54,838 bases of DNA from Candidatus Woesearchaeota archaeon (GTDB lineage: Archaea > Nanobdellota > Nanobdellia > SCGC-AAA011-G17 > JACPNG01): assembly GCA_018303365.1 (NCBI GenBank), contig JAGVYI010000021.1, positions 1 through 54,838 on the forward strand. Direction: 5' to 3'. Made by a program: the position numbers and the translations under genes. Shown here piece after piece: positions 52,785-54,838 of the stretch. Below the pieces are notes generated by a model. That model worked only from the letters and a program-made list of their open reading frames with translations. It made no database searches and was not told where the DNA came from. How positions within the stretch are numbered: position 1 is the first letter of the stretch; each line of letters begins with the position of its first letter.

Positions 52785-54771
52785 CTGTTTTACTATATGT
52801 TACTAACCAACATTCTTTATCGTTGATAACTTTTGTAAATTTTCTCAATAGACTTATTATATTGTTTTCATCCACTTTCTTTTCTTGTTTCTGGTCGTAT
52901 TCTGTTGCCTTGTATTCTACTTGTTCGAAAGTTGCATATTCTTTGAGATTCTGCAACGTCTCGAGGCTTTTTGCCAATCTGAATCTGTCCCCCACTTTTT
53001 CAAATATGCCCTTCTTTGTTAGGGATGTTATACTATCATAAATTTGTGAGAACTGTAATCCTGTCTTCTCAAAAAGTTCTGCTGCTTTGAACTCTTTTAA
53101 TGCTAGTGCGGCATCAGCTACTCTTTGCTGCTGCGGGGAAAGCTGCTCCTCATTTACTTCAATTCTCTTACCCTTTCCTTTCTCTATATCTGTTACTATT
53201 TCTTTTGTGTTAAGATTGACAAGGATGTTGAATTTCTCTTTTTCTTTGCTGCAGGTTAGCATCAGACAAGGTATTAGGATTTTTTGAATCTTTCCACCTT
53301 TGCCGTATATCAGTTCAATGTCCTCTTTTGTTATCTTCTGCTCTATGACTGGCAGAAGTTCTTTTTCATTATCTATCTCTTCTTTGCCTTTCTCTTCATC
53401 AAATATATTTACTGTGTAGCCACCGTGACTTGTTTTTCTCGGTCTGATGTCTACTAGGAGGGGCGTATCTACAATTCCAGTGACCCATGCTGTCCCAACT
53501 GGGATATTTTTTATTTCTCTTTCTGCTTCTTGAGTCATTCCTTCTACTGAATTTGCAATTGCTCGCACGTCGTTTGGATTTGTTACTTTAAGAATTATTT
53601 GTGTACTACACTGGCTTAGCACACTTTTATCAACCCTTGATGGTCGTTGAGATACAACCACCAGCCCGATGCCAAACTTTCTGCCTTCTGCTGCAATTTG
53701 TCTGATTATTGATGAAGACTTTGTCTCCTTAAAGCTTCGTTCTGGACAGTAATTATGCGCTTCTTCTGTAACCAAAAAGCATGGTGGGACATTCCCTTTT
53801 TTTCTTTCTTCAAAAAGGTCTTTTATAATCTTGTAGACTATCACCTCCTGTACTTCTTGCGGTGTTCCTTTGAGGTTGATGATTGTTGCAAGCCCCGGCT
53901 GGATTAATTGTGAAATCCTTGTCGGGCTTTCTGAAAAGAGATCTAACTTTTTTATGTATTCGAGAATATTGATGAGTGTCCACTTTGCCGGATTATCTTC
54001 TGCTTCTATTTCAAGAATTATATTATCAATATCTAACACTTCAAGATTTTTTACTGCGGCATAGAGCAGCCCTATTTGCGCATTTGAGAGTTTTGCTGGC
54101 AGGAGGTGTATTATCTCTGTTGGTCCTAGGTTTTTCCCGTTTAGTTTTAGAGGAGTTGCTTCAGGATTTGTCTCTATATCTGGGCTGTACTCTCTTATTT
54201 TCTTTTTATATCCTACTGGGTTTATCCCGAACTCGTCTATTTTTCCTTTATCCTTTTCATTTGGATACTTTAATGAGGTATACTCTCCATGCGGATCTAT
54301 TATTAAGATCGGCACGTTTCTCTCAATAAGTTCCTCTAGAATCACACCTAGTGTGTAAGACTTACCTGCTCCGGTTTTTGCAAGAATGCTCACATGCTTT
54401 GTGAGCATTTTGTTGATATCTATGAAGACTGGAATGTTTCTCCTTCCATTCAACCTTCCAATAAATGCTGCTTTCTTTGTCTTTTCTACACCTAGCGTTC
54501 TTGTAATTGTTGTATCCTCTGCCCTTAATACCTCTGTTTCTGGTTCAAGGGGCACTCTTAACTGATTAAGTCCCTCTTTGTCTCTGTAACCTATTACCTG
54601 ACAGTGAGCTACCTGCCTCTCTTTTTCCTTTTCTATATCTGCTATTTGTCCAAGTACAGTGTATCCTTCCGGGTGCTCTATTTGTACATACTGGAATTTT
54701 TTTGCCTCTCCTGTTACAATGAAACTAAACTGGTTTGTTCCAACCTTTCCTACAATTTTTCCAAGTATCAC
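52777..54771 (-). CDS. herA: HerA/DUF87-like hexameric ATPase with ~200-aa C-terminal extension
   Basis: HAS-barrel-like N-terminus (ILGKIVGKVGTNQFSFIV..YVQIEH). Walker A ILAKTGAGKSYT, Walker B FLVTEEAHNY. C-terminal wHTH-like QIYDSITSLTKKGIFEKVGDRFRL. GTG start. Confidence 0.8.
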   Translation of the reverse strand: MILGKIVGKVGTNQFSFIVTGEAKKFQYVQIEHPEGYTVLGQIADIEKEKERQVAHCQVIGYRDKEGLNQLRVPLEPETEVLRAEDTTITRTLGVEKTKKAAFIGRLNGRRNIPVFIDINKMLTKHVSILAKTGAGKSYTLGVILEELIERNVPILIIDPHGEYTSLKYPNEKDKGKIDEFGINPVGYKKKIREYSPDIETNPEATPLKLNGKNLGPTEIIHLLPAKLSNAQIGLLYAAVKNLEVLDIDNIILEIEAEDNPAKWTLINILEYIKKLDLFSESPTRISQLIQPGLATIINLKGTPQEVQEVIVYKIIKDLFEERKKGNVPPCFLVTEEAHNYCPERSFKETKSSSIIRQIAAEGRKFGIGLVVVSQRPSRVDKSVLSQCSTQIILKVTNPNDVRAIANSVEGMTQEAEREIKNIPVGTAWVTGIVDTPLLVDIRPRKTSHGGYTVNIFDEEKGKEEIDNEKELLPVIEQKITKEDIELIYGKGGKIQKILIPCLMLTCSKEKEKFNILVNLNTKEIVTDIEKGKGKRIEVNEEQLSPQQQRVADAALALKEFKAAELFEKTGLQFSQIYDSITSLTKKGIFEKVGDRFRLAKSLETLQNLKEYATFEQVEYKATEYDQKQEKKVDENNIISLLRKFTKVINDKECWLVTYSKTVM

Positions 54772-54838
54772 TTTTTTGCTCTTTTAGGATAGTTTTATTA
54801 ATATTTGTGTTCATTTTTACCTTATGGGTTCTATTCTT

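Noticed and set aside
1-54838. Search for CRISPR arrays, rRNA genes, a reverse transcriptase/DGR template-variable repeat pair, or long direct repeats.
   Set aside because: No regularly spaced repeats, no rRNA-like segments and no RT motifs were seen. The similarity between the two giant genes is ordinary protein-level paralogy, not a TR/VR pair.

Overview
AT-rich, very compact archaeal window whose reduced gene content looks DPANN-like. No rRNA or CRISPR array was seen. Left ~8 kb is accessory: a truncated IS6-like transposase, a COG1373-type AAA ATPase behind a triple palindromic operator, an AbrB-type gene, a VapBC toxin-antitoxin pair, a decayed gene remnant, and two orphan secreted/membrane proteins with extreme S/L/F/R/H composition. 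Next come a single-chain PriS-PriL primase, prefoldin alpha, L14e, a DUF106/YidC-like insertase, SecY and the canonical archaeal L15-to-L3 ribosomal-protein operon on the minus strand, without adk or cmk. The most unusual content sits directly upstream of rpl3 at 23964-33729. It is a tightly packed six-gene block of four proteins with archaeal class III (type IV prepilin-like) signal peptides, interleaved with two giant paralogous Cys-rich proteins (1198 and 1080 aa). Each giant protein has a Sec signal peptide, a Cys-rich N-terminal domain, a central Gly/Ala-rich hydrophobic segment and four C-terminal two-Cys modules. I recognise no named family for either and read the block as a candidate pilus-tip or cell-surface adhesion module. 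To the right are PCNA, an OB-fold protein, TFS, signal peptidase I, RpoL, a METTL5-like methyltransferase, MBF1 and a glycan cluster (GT-C, processive GT2, two paralogous polytopic proteins). Then come ScpB, an aRF1 interrupted by a 131-aa mini-intein exactly after the catalytic GGQ, ValRS, tRNA-Phe(GAA), a fifth pilin-like gene, CysRS, S19e, a PDCD5-like protein, L39e, L31e, Cbf5 and a HerA-like ATPase. The + strand is pyrimidine-rich whichever way genes run, so codon usage differs by strand.
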